Positions 10,611-20,817 of a stretch of DNA of 45,539 nt are shown here, in pieces (position 1 is the stretch's first letter; every line of letters starts with the position of its first letter). Below the pieces are notes generated by a model that had not been told where the DNA came from, searched no databases, and worked only from the letters and a program-made list of their open reading frames with translations. The position numbers and the translations under genes were made by a program. Source of the stretch: Sphingomonas sp. Its GTDB lineage: Bacteria > Pseudomonadota > Alphaproteobacteria > Sphingomonadales > Sphingomonadaceae. The stretch spans positions 1-45,539 of the forward strand of contig DASSTK010000262.1 in the NCBI GenBank assembly GCA_035707945.1. The letters are read 5' to 3'.

Positions 10611-12159
10611 ACGGCGCGCGGGCGTTGTCGCGGCGGCGCTGCTGGCGATCGCGTCGGGCGGGGCGGGCGCGGTCGTGCCCCGCAATCCCGCGCCGCGCGC
10701 GACCACCAGCCCGGCCTCCGTGCTCCAGGCGGCGCTGAAGCGCGCGCGGGAAGGCGATTGCAAGGGCGTGCTGTCCCTGCTCGATCCGCTGGTCGCGTTG
10801 CCGGCCCAACCGGGAGACAAGGTGCGCGACAACGCCCAGTTGCTCCGCATGCCGTGCCTCGCCGCGGAAGGCCGGGGCAAGGAGGTGCCGGCGGTGCTTG
10901 CCGAGCTGGACCGCACCGTGCCCGACAATCCGCTGGTCCGCGCCTATCATGTCTTCGTCGATACCGATCAGGGCCGTTACGCCGAGGCCGCGGACCGGCT
11001 CGGCGCGCTGGCCGACGCGCGCTCGCCCGCGCTCAAGTTCATGCCGGGGCTGTTGTGGCGGAGCCTCGCCCAGAAGCTGACCGTCGCGCATGACACTGCA
11101 CGTCGCGATCGCGTCGCGCTGGCGCTGGCCGAGGCCGAGTGGAACCCCGCCGACGAACCCGATCTCGCCCAGGGACTCGCCTCCGACGCCGTCGGCGCGT
11201 TGCTCGATCGCCAGGCGATCGTGGACGCGCGGCGGATGCTGGCGCGGGTGACGAACCCCGGCCTGCTCTGGGAAATGGCGATCGAGCGCCGCTACCAGCC
11301 GCTCTGGCCGGAGATCGAGAAGCGGATGGGGCCGGAGAGCGGAACCGCGATCGACGCCTTCGCCCGCTCCGCGCTCGCCGCTTACGCGGACGATCCCGAA
11401 AATCCGCATCATGTGCGCGAAGCGGCATACGCCTTCCTGCTGCTCGGCCACCCCGAGGATGTCGCGAGCACCACCGACGGCATCGCGATCAGGCCCGGCA
11501 TGGGCGACGATCAGGTTTCGGCCGTGCTGTTCCACGCGCAGGCGATGGCGGCGGCGGGGGATCGGCAGGGCGCGCTCGCGCTGCTCCGCAAGCTCGCCGC
11601 GCTCGATTTCCGAAGCGCGCCGCAGGCGGCCGTCTCGCTGATCGCGCTCGCCGAGCAGCTCCACGACGCCGGGCTGTACGAGGAGGAGCTGAAGGTCGCG
11701 CGCATGGGCCTCGCCCAGCCGGCGGCGGCCGCCCTTTCCGCTTATGGAGAGGGATGGCTGAAGCGCAACGAGGTCTGCGCGCTCGCCGGGCTGAAGCGAG
11801 CCGGTGAGGCGAAGGCGGCGGGAGACCGGCTCAAGACGTCGGCGGGGGACAATCAGGCGGCGGCGGTGGAAGGACTGCTCTGCGCCGGGCGGGACGACGA
11901 GGCGGCGGCGATCGCCGTCGCCGCGCTCGGCACGCGCGAGGGGGCCGATCGGCTGGCCGACCAGTTCCAGCCGGGCGAGGTGGTGTACGCCCACATTCCT
12001 TCGCCGCTGCGGGCGATGTGGGCGCGGCTGCTCAAGCGCGAGGACGTGCGCGCCGCCTTCGATCGCGCGGCGCGCATCCTGCCGAAGCCGCTCTGGCCCG
12101 CGAAGGGGCCGCGCACCGTGCCTGTGGTCGGCGTCGCCGATCCGAGCAGCGTGACCTGA
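10600..12159 (+). CDS. Exported helical (TPR-like) hypothetical protein
   Basis: N-terminal hydrophobic signal, Ala/Leu-rich helical pattern, overlaps the phaZ 3' end. Confidence 0.7.
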   Translation: MAAERRAGVVAAALLAIASGGAGAVVPRNPAPRATTSPASVLQAALKRAREGDCKGVLSLLDPLVALPAQPGDKVRDNAQLLRMPCLAAEGRGKEVPAVLAELDRTVPDNPLVRAYHVFVDTDQGRYAEAADRLGALADARSPALKFMPGLLWRSLAQKLTVAHDTARRDRVALALAEAEWNPADEPDLAQGLASDAVGALLDRQAIVDARRMLARVTNPGLLWEMAIERRYQPLWPEIEKRMGPESGTAIDAFARSALAAYADDPENPHHVREAAYAFLLLGHPEDVASTTDGIAIRPGMGDDQVSAVLFHAQAMAAAGDRQGALALLRKLAALDFRSAPQAAVSLIALAEQLHDAGLYEEELKVARMGLAQPAAAALSAYGEGWLKRNEVCALAGLKRAGEAKAAGDRLKTSAGDNQAAAVEGLLCAGRDDEAAAIAVAALGTREGADRLADQFQPGEVVYAHIPSPLRAMWARLLKREDVRAAFDRAARILPKPLWPAKGPRTVPVVGVADPSSVT

Positions 12160-12168
12160 GGACAGGGA

Positions 12169-13167
12169 ATGACGGAAGCACCCAGGCTCGCCGCGCGCGT
12201 GGAACGCTGGCCGGTGGCGGGCAGGTTCGTGATCTCGCGCGGCGCCAAGACGCATGTGGACGTGGTGGTCGCCACGGTTTCGGTGCCGGGCGCGCGCGGG
12301 CGCGGCGAGGCGACGCCGATCTATTATCATGGCGAGACGGCCGAGAGCGTGCAGCGCCAGCTGCTCGACATGGCGGACGCGATCGCGGGCGGCGCGGGAC
12401 GGGACGAATTGCGGACATTGCTGCCGCGCGGGGCGGCGCGCAACGCGCTCGACGCCGCGCTGTGGGATCTGGACGCGCGCCGATCGGGAATGCCGGTGTG
12501 GCGGCTGGCGGGGCTCGCCGAGCCCCGGCCGCTCGTCACCGCCTACACCATCTCGGTCGGCGATCCCGCGAAGATGGAGGAGGATGCGCGCGCGGCGGCC
12601 GGGCGGCGGCATCCGCTGCTCAAGCTCAAGCTGGCGGGCGACGGCGACGATATCGGCCGGGTCGAGGCGGTGCGGCGCGGCGCGCCCGACGCGCGGCTGA
12701 CGGTGGACGCCAACGAGGCCTGGACGGACCGGGACATCGCGGCCGAGGCCGCCGCGCTCGTCCCCTACCGCGTCGAGTTGATCGAGCAGCCGGTCAAGGC
12801 CGGCGAGGAGCATCGGCTGGAGGGGGTGCATTCGCCGATCCCGATCTGCGCCGACGAAAGCTGCCAGGATCGCGCCGACCTTCCGAAGGTGATCGGCCGC
12901 TTCGATGCGATCAACGTCAAGCTGGACAAGGCCGGCGGGCTCACCGAGGCGCTGGTGCTGATCCGGGAGGCGAAGGCGGCGGGGCTGAAGGTGATGCAGG
13001 GCTGCATGCTCTCCACCTCGCTGGGCGTCGCCCCCGCCTTCCTCGCCGCGCAGGACGCCGACTGGGTGGACCTCGACGGCCCCCTCCTCCTCGCCCGCGA
13101 CCGGCCGGACGGCTTCGCCTTCGAGGCCGGCAAGATGCTCAACGCCGGCGCGAAATTGTGGGGGTAG
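12169..13167 (+). CDS. Enolase-superfamily dipeptide epimerase / N-acetyl-D-Glu racemase (DgcA-like)
   Basis: FVISRGAK, KLKL, VDANEAW, IEQP, ADES, NVKLDKAGG and DLDGPLLL motifs. Confidence 0.88.
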   Translation: MTEAPRLAARVERWPVAGRFVISRGAKTHVDVVVATVSVPGARGRGEATPIYYHGETAESVQRQLLDMADAIAGGAGRDELRTLLPRGAARNALDAALWDLDARRSGMPVWRLAGLAEPRPLVTAYTISVGDPAKMEEDARAAAGRRHPLLKLKLAGDGDDIGRVEAVRRGAPDARLTVDANEAWTDRDIAAEAAALVPYRVELIEQPVKAGEEHRLEGVHSPIPICADESCQDRADLPKVIGRFDAINVKLDKAGGLTEALVLIREAKAAGLKVMQGCMLSTSLGVAPAFLAAQDADWVDLDGPLLLARDRPDGFAFEAGKMLNAGAKLWG

Positions 13168-13197
13168 GACCGATTAGGCGGCAATCGTAAATCAGAA

Positions 13198-13285
13198 CCG
13201 TTCGCCCCGAGCGTAGTCGAGGGGCTTAGCCGAGGCTTCTCGAATCCGCGCGAAGCGGTGTCTCGACTTCGCTCGACACGGACGG
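13198..13285. repeat. CCGTTCG-family palindromic dimer (simple form)
   Basis: CCGTTCGCCCCGAGCGTAGTCGAGGGG … GTGTCTCGACTTCGCTCGACACGGACGG between convergent genes. Confidence 0.8.
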
Positions 13286-13310
13286 GTGAGGCGGATTCAA
13301 CCCTCTAAAC

Positions 13311-14618
13311 CTAAGGCGCCGTCTCGCTGCTGCTGTCGTGCGGGGGCCTTTCCTCGCCGGGCCTTTCGGCGGGGGGAGGAGCGGGCGGGGGGAGGTTTTC
13401 GGCCGCGGGCTGTTTCGGCTCGGGCCTGGCCTCGGCCGGTTTCGGCTCGGCCTTGGGCGGCTTCAGGGCCTTGCCGTCCGGGCCGGCGGGAATCGTCTTG
13501 TGGGTGGGGAAGGCGAATTCGATATCGAGTTCGTTGAAGCGCCGCAGGATCGCGAGGCACACCGCGCTGCGCGCGTCGAACACCTCGTTGTAGTTGGCGG
13601 ACATGACATCGAACTGAAGCTCGAAATCGAGGCTCGATTCGGCGAGCGTCACCAGCCCCACCCGCACCACCTCGCATCGGGGCACGCCTTCGGTGATCTC
13701 CCGCAGCAAAGCGGGGACGCGGGCGCACACGTCGTCCGGCGTCGAATAGGAGACGCGGATCGCCAGCACCATGCGCCGCCGATCGAGCCGGGCGAAGTTG
13801 AACAGCTCCTTGTCGAGCAGGTTGGCGTTGCCGACGATCATCAGCTCGCCGGTGGTGGCGCGGATGCGCGTGGTCTTGAGGCCGATCCGCTCGACCGTGC
13901 CCGAAACCCCGTTCCACTTGACCGAATCGCCCTTGCGGAAGGGCTTGTCGAAGATGATCGCCAGCGCCGCGAACAGATCCTTGAAGATGCCCTGCGCCGC
14001 GAAGCCGATGGCGATGCCGCCGATGCCGAGGCCGGCGACCAGCCCGGTGACGTTGACGCCGACATTGTCCAGCACCAGCACCAGCGCGATCGCGAACAGG
14101 GTGAAGGTGACGAGGAAGCGGATGATGCCGAGCGCCGATCCCAGCGCGGAATGATCCTGATCGGTGAGCTCCGCGCGATATTCGACGAAGCCCAGCACCA
14201 CCTCGCGCACCCAGATCGCCGCCTGGAATGTGAGCGCGATGGTGAAGAAGAAGCCGACCACATGATCGAGCTGCGGCGGCGTCTCGGCATAATTGTCGAC
14301 CAGCTTGGCGGCGAGCATGACGATGAACCACAGCATCGTCTTGTGGGCGACGCGGCCGATGATCGTGCGCCAGTCCACCGCCGCCTCGCCTTCGGGGCAG
14401 AGCCGCTCGCCGAGCTTCTTCACGCCGATGAAGACGGCGACCAGCGCCAGCCCGATCGCGCCCGCGATCAGGATGCGCATCCAGTTGTCGGCGAGCCACA
14501 GCTTCGTCTCCCCGGCCAGCATGTGCGCCTGCGTGGCGAGCGCGGGGCCGGAGAGGCGGTGATGGTGCGGAGCGGCGGCGAGATTGCCTGCGGCGGCGGC
14601 GATCGAACTGTTCGGCAT
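13311..14618 (-). CDS. mscS: Small-conductance mechanosensitive channel family protein
   Basis: LVAGLGIGGIAIGFAAQ, DKPFRKGD, GTVERIGLKTTRIR, IEFAFPT. Confidence 0.9.
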   Translation of the reverse strand: MPNSSIAAAAGNLAAAPHHHRLSGPALATQAHMLAGETKLWLADNWMRILIAGAIGLALVAVFIGVKKLGERLCPEGEAAVDWRTIIGRVAHKTMLWFIVMLAAKLVDNYAETPPQLDHVVGFFFTIALTFQAAIWVREVVLGFVEYRAELTDQDHSALGSALGIIRFLVTFTLFAIALVLVLDNVGVNVTGLVAGLGIGGIAIGFAAQGIFKDLFAALAIIFDKPFRKGDSVKWNGVSGTVERIGLKTTRIRATTGELMIVGNANLLDKELFNFARLDRRRMVLAIRVSYSTPDDVCARVPALLREITEGVPRCEVVRVGLVTLAESSLDFELQFDVMSANYNEVFDARSAVCLAILRRFNELDIEFAFPTHKTIPAGPDGKALKPPKAEPKPAEARPEPKQPAAENLPPPAPPPAERPGEERPPHDSSSETAP

Positions 14619-15646
14619 CAGGCGGCGCGTGGTCCCTTGGCGTCGAGAGCGTCGAGGAAGGCGATCAGCCCCCGTTCGGCGGGCGACAACCGGCGCGTGG
14701 CGCGCGGCAGCCGCACCCGCCCTTCTCCCCGCAAGCCCCCCGCCTTGGCAAGCTCGATCAGCGCGGGGTGGACATAGCTCTTGCGGCTGATGGCGGGCGT
14801 GTTGCCGAGCGCGGCCGCCACCGGCTCCAGCATCGTCTTGAGGCTGATGCCTTTCCCGCCCGCCTCGACGATCGCCCGATAGGCGATCACGCTCGCCCCC
14901 CAGGTGCGGAAATGCTTGGCGGTCACGTCCGCGTGCGCCGCCTCGCGCAGATACTCATTGACGTCGGTGGAGGTGACGTGATGCCGCTCGCCCGCCTCGT
15001 CGAGATACTGGAACAGCCGCTGACCGGGCAAATCCTGGCAACGCTTCACCACCGCCGCCAGCCGCCGGTCGGCGATCGTCATTTCCTGCATCTTGCCCGA
15101 TTTGCCGCGATAGCAGAGGCGGAGCTTGCCGTTGCCGGCGCGGGCGTGGCGATCGCGCAGCGTGGTCGCGCCGAAGCTCTTGTTCTCGCGCGCATAGGCG
15201 TCGTTGCCGACGCGGACATGGCCGAGATCGAGCAGCCGCACCACGGCGGCGACCGCGGTTTCCTTGTGGACGCCGGGCCGCGCGAGATCGCGTTCCACCT
15301 GCTTGCGGATGCGCGGCAGCAGCCGGCCGAAATCGGCGCATCCGGCATATTTCTCGGCCTCCTGCGCGGCGCGGAACGCGGCGTGGTAGCGATATTGCTT
15401 GCGGCCCTTGTCGTCATAGCCGATCGCCTGGAGGTGCCCGTCCGGCGAGGGGCAGAACCAGCAATCCCGGTAGGCCGGCGGCATGCCGATCGCGTTCAGC
15501 CGGTCGATCTCCTCGCGATCGGCGATGCGCTGCCCATCGGCGTCGTAATAGGCCCAGGCGCGGCCTTGCTTCCGCCGGGTGATGCCGGGCTCGCTGTCGT
15601 CGACATAGTGCAGGCGGCGAGCGGACATGGGGCGCGGAACATCCAT
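14618..15646 (-). CDS. DNA topoisomerase IB, bacterial type (start could be 15628)
   Basis: GRKQYRYH, RVGN, GATTL, GKSG, KHFRTWGAS and LGNTPAISRKSYVHP (catalytic Tyr). Confidence 0.92.
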   Translation of the reverse strand: MDVPRPMSARRLHYVDDSEPGITRRKQGRAWAYYDADGQRIADREEIDRLNAIGMPPAYRDCWFCPSPDGHLQAIGYDDKGRKQYRYHAAFRAAQEAEKYAGCADFGRLLPRIRKQVERDLARPGVHKETAVAAVVRLLDLGHVRVGNDAYARENKSFGATTLRDRHARAGNGKLRLCYRGKSGKMQEMTIADRRLAAVVKRCQDLPGQRLFQYLDEAGERHHVTSTDVNEYLREAAHADVTAKHFRTWGASVIAYRAIVEAGGKGISLKTMLEPVAAALGNTPAISRKSYVHPALIELAKAGGLRGEGRVRLPRATRRLSPAERGLIAFLDALDAKGPRAA

Positions 15647-15663
15647 CGGCGAAGCGCCACGCC

Positions 15664-15689
15664 AACGCGGCCCGCCGAGCGATCGTTCC
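15664..15689 (-). promoter_or_regulatory. EcfG/sigmaT-type promoter for topoisomerase IB-mscS
   Basis: GGAAC-N17-CGTT on the minus strand. Confidence 0.7.
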
Positions 15690-15690
15690 C

Positions 15691-15716
15691 GGAACGGCTG
15701 CGGCCGCCGGTCCGTT
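15691..15716 (+). promoter_or_regulatory. EcfG/sigmaT-type promoter for pfpI
   Basis: GGAAC-N17-CGTT, 28 bp upstream of the ATG. Confidence 0.75.
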
Positions 15717-15744
15717 GACGCCGCCGTACCCCAGGAGAGACGCC

Positions 15745-16284
15745 ATGCCCGCGATCGATCAAGCCAGAATCCTCATCATCGCCACCGACGGCTTCGAGCA
15801 ATCGGAGCTGTTCAAGCCGCGCGAAAGCCTGCTGGACGCGGGGGCGACGGTGACGCTCGCCTCGATCGGGACGAAGCCGATCCAGGGCATGAAACATCAC
15901 GACAAGGGCGAGACGATCACGCCGGACATGACGCTCGGCGACGTGCGGGTGCAGGACTATGACGCGCTCGTCATCCCCGGCGGCGTCGCCAATCCGGATC
16001 GGATGCGGACCGAGCAGGAGGCGCTGCGGATCGTCCGGGATTTCTTCGCCGCCGAGAAGCCGGTGGCGGCGATCTGCCACGGCCCCTGGCTGCTGGCCGA
16101 GGCGGACGTGATCGACGGCCGCACCGTGACGAGCTGGCCCTCGGTCCGCACCGACCTGAAGAACGCCGGCGCCCATGTGGTCGACAAGGAGGTGGAGGTG
16201 GACGGCCTGCTCATCACCAGCCGCAAGCCCGACGATATCCCCGCCTTCACCGAGACGCTGATCAGAACGATCGAGGAGCAATAG
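15745..16284 (+). CDS. DJ-1/PfpI family protein (type 1 glutamine amidotransferase-like)
   Basis: DGFEQSEL, IPGG, AICHGPW, ITSRKPDD; AGGAG RBS. Confidence 0.92.
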   Translation: MPAIDQARILIIATDGFEQSELFKPRESLLDAGATVTLASIGTKPIQGMKHHDKGETITPDMTLGDVRVQDYDALVIPGGVANPDRMRTEQEALRIVRDFFAAEKPVAAICHGPWLLAEADVIDGRTVTSWPSVRTDLKNAGAHVVDKEVEVDGLLITSRKPDDIPAFTETLIRTIEEQ

Positions 16285-16498
16285 AGCGTCGAGCCCCAAA
16301 TCCAACCACTTATCCGCTCGCCCTGAGGAGGGGCTGAGCCCTTCGACAAGCTCAGGACAGGCTTGTCGAAGCCTGTCCTGAGCGACGCCGCAGGCGGCGT
16401 CGAAGGGCCCCGTCTCGAAGGGTGCTTCGAGACGCCACTTCGACTTCGCTCAGCGGCTCCTCAGCACGAACGTGTCAGATTGAGCGCTACATGCCCTA
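16282..16498. repeat. Composite palindromic element with TAGAGC/GCCCTA termini and a multiply nested CCGTTCG-family core
   Basis: Left TAG is the pfpI stop; an extra module at 16339-16407 is absent from the 739-906 copy. Confidence 0.8.
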
Positions 16499-16527
16499 AG
16501 GGCGCGGGGCTGTAGGGCGGTTCGGGC

Positions 16528-17295
16528 TCAGCGCATCGCCAGCGCCTCGTTCGGCTGCCACATCAGGAGGCTGCCCATATCGGCGTAGGCGAGGCGGGGC
16601 GCGGGTTTCCGCGCGGGCGCGGCGGCGGCGAGCTCGGTGCGGGCCGGCGCATCGGGGCCGTAGCGGCGATCCCAGTCGGCGGCGGCGAGGCGGTAGGCGT
16701 CGACCTCGCGATAGAGGGCGAGGATCGGCGCATCGAGCCTGGGCAGGACCCCTTGCGCGAAGGTCACGAAGTCGCCGGGCGCGACCGCCGCGGCTTGCGG
16801 CGCCACCTCGGCGGCCGCGGCGCAGAAACCGGCCTTGGCCGAGGGCAGCGCGAAATAATTGTAGAGCCGCGTCATATAGGCGTCATGCGCGGCCTGCCAG
16901 TCCGCGCCGTAGCGGGCGCGGTACAGGCCCTTCACCGCGTCGTTGGCCTTGCCGAGCGGCGCGGCGTCGGCCTTGAGCATATGATTGTAGGCGTCGGTGA
17001 TGGCGGAGCCGTTCGCGCCGCGGCAGGAGATGGCGGCGACGTTCAGCGCGGCGCGGACATGCCAGGCGGTCTGCTCCGGGCCGATGCCGTGGTTGATCGT
17101 GTCATAGCCGCCGTCCGCCGCGTGGGGCGGCGCATCGATGCCGGCGAGCAGCGCCGGCATGGCCGGGCGCGGCGGCGCGGGCGCGGGAGCTTCGGCGACG
17201 GCGGCGGGGGGAGGGGCGCGATGGCTGCACGAGGCGAGCGCGCCCAGGGCCGCGAGCAGCGCGGCGCGGCGTCGGTTCAGGCCAGCCGCGATCAT
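16528..17295 (-). CDS. Hypothetical lipoprotein
   Basis: Lipobox-like LASC after a hydrophobic stretch; WHVRAALNVAAISC…YNYFA…FC core. Confidence 0.7.
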   Translation of the reverse strand: MIAAGLNRRRAALLAALGALASCSHRAPPPAAVAEAPAPAPPRPAMPALLAGIDAPPHAADGGYDTINHGIGPEQTAWHVRAALNVAAISCRGANGSAITDAYNHMLKADAAPLGKANDAVKGLYRARYGADWQAAHDAYMTRLYNYFALPSAKAGFCAAAAEVAPQAAAVAPGDFVTFAQGVLPRLDAPILALYREVDAYRLAAADWDRRYGPDAPARTELAAAAPARKPAPRLAYADMGSLLMWQPNEALAMR

Positions 17296-17347
17296 AGGTG
17301 CTCCTCCCGCATCTTCTGTTTTGGACCGGCAATGTCGGCCCGAAAGG

Positions 17348-17366
17348 TAAAGAAATCGTTAACCAT
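17348..17366. promoter_or_regulatory. CtrA-like box
   Basis: TAAA-N7-TTAACCAT in the divergent intergenic region. Confidence 0.55.
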
Positions 17367-17446
17367 AAGTCGGGCTGGCGCGGCGACGGGGGCGTCCGGC
17401 GCGCGGGCCTTGCTCCGCGCCGCCGGAGCGGCCACATGCACGGGAC

Positions 17447-19432
17447 ATGCCGACTCCTTCTTTCTCCGGCGTTCCGCGCCGGCTTCCGCTCGCTATTCTG
17501 CTGCTCGCGACCGCTCCGGCCGCGCTGGCCGTGACCTATCCCAAGGGCGCGGTGGTGGAGCACATCCCCTCCGCCGACGATCCGGCCGAGAAGCTCGCCC
17601 GCGCGCTCCGCACGCTCGCCGCGGAGCCCAACGACATCGACGCGCTGCTCACCGCCGGAGACAATGCGCTGGCGCTGGGCGATCCCAACGCGGCGGTCGG
17701 CTTCTTCGGCCGCGCGGCGGGCATCGAGCCGCGCAACGGCAAGGCCAAGGCCGGGCTCGGCTCCGCGCTCGTCCAGCTCGAACGGCCGCAGGAGGCGCTC
17801 GGCCAGTTCGCCGAGGCGCGGCGGCTGGGCGTGCCGGACGCCGATCTCGCCGACGATCGCGGGCTCGCCTATGATCTTTCGGGCGAACCGCGCAAGGCGC
17901 AGCGCGATTATGCGCTGGCGCTCGCCCATGATCCCGATGACGATACGGCGCGGCGGCGGCTGGCCCTGTCGCTCGGCATCTCGGGCGATCGCACCGCCGC
18001 GCTGGCGGCGCTCGATCCGCTGATCCGCAAGCGCGACATCGCCGCCTGGCGCGCGCAGACCTTCGTGCTGGCGATGACGGGGGACGCGGCCGGCGCGCAC
18101 AAGATCACGCAGGTGATGCTGCCGCAGCAGGCGGCGCTGCTCCAGCCCTTCCTGGTGCGGCTCGCCTCGCTCACGCCCGCGCAGAAGGCGCGCGCGGTGC
18201 ATTTCGGCGAGATGCCGGAGAACGGGCGCGGATACACGCCGAGCCAGCTCGCCAATATCGGCCCGACGCCGACCTACGAGCCGCTGCCTTCCCAGCGCAC
18301 CGCCGCTGCCGAGGCGGCGAAGCCGGAGGCGAGCGATCTCGCGCCGCGAGGCGAGGGCGAGGCCAAGGCGGCGCGCGCTTCGTCCCGCCCGGTTCGCGGC
18401 GAGCGGCGCGTGGCGACGACGCAGCCCGAGCCGCAGCCCCGGCAGGCCCAGCCCGAGCCGCAACCCCGGCAGGTTCAGCCCGCGCCGCAGCCCGAGCCCA
18501 CCCGCACCGCCGCGATCGATCCCAACCGTCCGCTCGGCCCGATCGCCTCGCGCGAGGCGATCTTCGCGCTCGGCCAGCCTTACCGAATCCCGGTGCGGGT
18601 GATCCGCCGGCCTGCTCCGGCGGCCGAAGCTCCGGCTCCCGCCCGGCCGACGGCGACGGCCGCATTGACGCCCAATCCGGCGGTGAAGATCGCCTCGCGC
18701 TATGATGAGGCCGCGCCTGCTCCGGCTCCGCAACCGGCGAAGCCCGCGCCCGAGCCGACCCGGATCGCCTCGGCGGCGGGAGCGGGCGTCGAGCTGCCCA
18801 CGGCATCGGCGACCGGCCATTATGATCTCCCTCACGCGCCGAAGACGCGGACGGCGACGCGTGAGGTCGGGACTCCGGTGGTTCACGCCGCGAGGCGCTC
18901 CACCAGGGCCGAGGAGGACAAGACCGCGCCCGCCGAGGAGGAAAAAACCGCGAAACGGACCCGCGAGGAGGCGGACAAGAAGGCCGAGGCGCCCTCGAAG
19001 AAGGCCGGAGAGGAAAAGACGACCGGCCGCCGCTCCGCGAAATCCCGCAAGGGTGAGGAGGGCGACTCCGCGAGCGCGAAGGAGGACAAGGCTTCGAAGC
19101 CGAAGGAGAGCGAGAAGAAATCCTCCTCCTCGAAAAAGAAGCATGAGGAGAAGGCGCCGTCCCGCGTCTATGTCCAGGTCGCGGGCGGGGCGAACAAGGA
19201 CGATCTCGACAAGGCGTGGAGCAAGGTGGCCAAGAAAGCGCCCGAGCTGATGAAGGGGCGCCATCCCTCCACCACGCCGCTGCGCCACACCAACCGCCTG
19301 CTGGTCGGCCCGTTCAAGGACGAGGACGAGGCGCAGGCCTTCGTCAACAAGATGGCGGGCAAGGGCCTCTCCGGCTTCATCTTCAAGAGCGACAAGGGGC
19401 AGAAGATCGAGAAGATCGACACCGGCAAATGA
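17447..19432 (+). CDS. TPR and SPOR domain protein
   Basis: Signal peptide, N-terminal TPRs (DRGLAYDL), Pro/Lys-rich linker, C-terminal VYVQVAGG…[12 protein letters not shown] domain. Confidence 0.85.
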   Translation: MPTPSFSGVPRRLPLAILLLATAPAALAVTYPKGAVVEHIPSADDPAEKLARALRTLAAEPNDIDALLTAGDNALALGDPNAAVGFFGRAAGIEPRNGKAKAGLGSALVQLERPQEALGQFAEARRLGVPDADLADDRGLAYDLSGEPRKAQRDYALALAHDPDDDTARRRLALSLGISGDRTAALAALDPLIRKRDIAAWRAQTFVLAMTGDAAGAHKITQVMLPQQAALLQPFLVRLASLTPAQKARAVHFGEMPENGRGYTPSQLANIGPTPTYEPLPSQRTAAAEAAKPEASDLAPRGEGEAKAARASSRPVRGERRVATTQPEPQPRQAQPEPQPRQVQPAPQPEPTRTAAIDPNRPLGPIASREAIFALGQPYRIPVRVIRRPAPAAEAPAPARPTATAALTPNPAVKIASRYDEAAPAPAPQPAKPAPEPTRIASAAGAGVELPTASATGHYDLPHAPKTRTATREVGTPVVHAARRSTRAEEDKTAPAEEEKTAKRTREEADKKAEAPSKKAGEEKTTGRRSAKSRKGEEGDSASAKEDKASKPKESEKKSSSSKKKHEEKAPSRVYVQVAGGANKDDLDKAWSKVAKKAPELMKGRHPSTTPLRHTNRLLVGPFKDEDEAQAFVNKMAGKGLSGFIFKSDKGQKIEKIDTGK

Positions 19433-20595
19433 GCGCAGCCGCGCCCTATGCGGCCGATCCGGCGCGGAGCCGGGGGCGGCTGCACGCCGAGCCCGGCGGG
19501 GCGACGCGCGGCCCCCGCGACGCCTTCCAGCGCGATCGCGACCGGATCATCCACTCGATCGCCTTCCGGCGACTGCGGCACAAGACGCAGGTGTTCGTCG
19601 CGCCCGACGGCGATCATTTCCGGGTGCGCCTGACCCACAGCCTCGAAGTCGCCCAGATCGGCCGCACCATCGCCCGCGCGCTGGGGCTGAACGAGGATCT
19701 GACGGAGGCGCTGTGCCTCGCCCACGATATCGGCCACCCCCCCTTCGGCCATGCCGGCGAGGATGCGCTGCGCCAGGCCACCGCGCCCGCCGGCGGTTTC
19801 GATCACAACGCCCACACCTTGCGCGTGCTGACCCGGCTCGAGCAGCCCTATCCGCGCTGGGACGGGCTCAATCTCGGCTGGGAGACGCTGGAGGGGCTGG
19901 CCAAGCATAACGGGCCGGTCGCCGATCCGCCCTGGGCCTTGGCCGAGGCGGACGCCGGGTTCCCGCTGGAACTGGCGAGTTGGCCCAGCCTGGAGGCGCA
20001 GGTCGCCGCCATCGCCGACGACATCGCCTACGACAATCACGATATCGACGACGGCGTGCGCGCCGGGCTGCTCGATATCGAGGCGCTGTGCGCGGCCCCG
20101 CTGGTCGAGCGCTGCTGGCGGGGCGTGGTCGATCGCCATCCGGGTTTTCCGCCCGATCGGCTGCGCGGCGAACTGGTGCGCGATCAGATCGGCGCGATGG
20201 TGAACGACGTGATCGCCGAAAGCCGCCGCCGCCTGGCCGAGAGCGGGGTGGGAAGCGTCGAGGAGGTGCGCGCGGCGGGGCGGCCGCTGGTCGGCTTTTC
20301 GGATGCGATGGCGGCCGACGAGCGGGCGCTCAAGCGTTTCATGTACGCCAACCTCTATCACAGCCCGCCGCAGCGCGCGGTTGCGGGGGCGGCGCAGCGC
20401 CTGCTCGCCCGCCTCTTCGCCGCCTATGCCGATGATCCGGCGCGCCTTCCGCCCGACTGGCGCGCGGCGCTCCCCCCGGAGGAACCCGGCCGCACCCGCC
20501 ACATCGCCGATTTCATCGCCGGCATGACCGACCGCTACGCCATCGCCCGCCACGAGGAACTGATCGGCCCGGCGGAATTGCCGGAGGGGTTTTAG
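19429..20595 (+). CDS. dgt: Deoxyguanosinetriphosphate triphosphohydrolase
   Basis: [46 protein letters not shown]; ATGA overlap with the upstream gene. Confidence 0.95.
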   Translation: MSAAAPYAADPARSRGRLHAEPGGATRGPRDAFQRDRDRIIHSIAFRRLRHKTQVFVAPDGDHFRVRLTHSLEVAQIGRTIARALGLNEDLTEALCLAHDIGHPPFGHAGEDALRQATAPAGGFDHNAHTLRVLTRLEQPYPRWDGLNLGWETLEGLAKHNGPVADPPWALAEADAGFPLELASWPSLEAQVAAIADDIAYDNHDIDDGVRAGLLDIEALCAAPLVERCWRGVVDRHPGFPPDRLRGELVRDQIGAMVNDVIAESRRRLAESGVGSVEEVRAAGRPLVGFSDAMAADERALKRFMYANLYHSPPQRAVAGAAQRLLARLFAAYADDPARLPPDWRAALPPEEPGRTRHIADFIAGMTDRYAIARHEELIGPAELPEGF

Positions 20596-20609
20596 GTTTG
20601 CGCATTTCT

Positions 20610-20632
20610 CCCTCTCCCCAGCGGGGAGAGGG
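20610..20632 (+). terminator. Hairpin after dgt (terminator and/or CCTCCC-family repeat)
   Basis: CCCTCTCCCC-agc-GGGGAGAGGG followed by CTTTT. Confidence 0.55.
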
Positions 20633-20645
20633 CTTTTGGGGAGTT

Positions 20646-20817
20646 CAGAGCGGGGCGTGCGTCAAATCTGAACCGTTCGCCCTGAGGGGGGCTGAGCGGA
20701 GCCGAAGCACCGTCTCGAAGGGCATCTCGCCGCCAGCCCTTCGAGACGCCATTTCGACAAGCTCAATGACTCCTCAGGGCGAACGGTAACGATTCCGATC
20801 AAATGCACGCAGCTCTC
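20646..20817. repeat. Composite palindromic element (AGAGC/GCTCT termini; CCGTTCG dimer at 20673-20786)
   Basis: CCGTTCGCCCTGAGG…TCTCGAAGGGC / GCCCTTCGAGA…CCTCAGGGCGAACGG with AAATC/GATT flanks. Confidence 0.75.

Noticed and set aside
14618-15646. Topoisomerase IB as an integrase or prophage marker
   Set aside because: Motifs match bacterial TopIB, and there are no att-like repeats or phage genes nearby.
18421-18500. 27-bp tandem duplication ([10 protein letters not shown]) in the SPOR gene
   Set aside because: Ordinary in-frame expansion in a low-complexity linker.
20598-20789. Short ORFs over repeats (85-315, 502-891, 20598-20789, 24469-24801)
   Set aside because: They are translations of the palindromic elements (e.g. 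VIPAKAGI, SKG) with no independent coding evidence.
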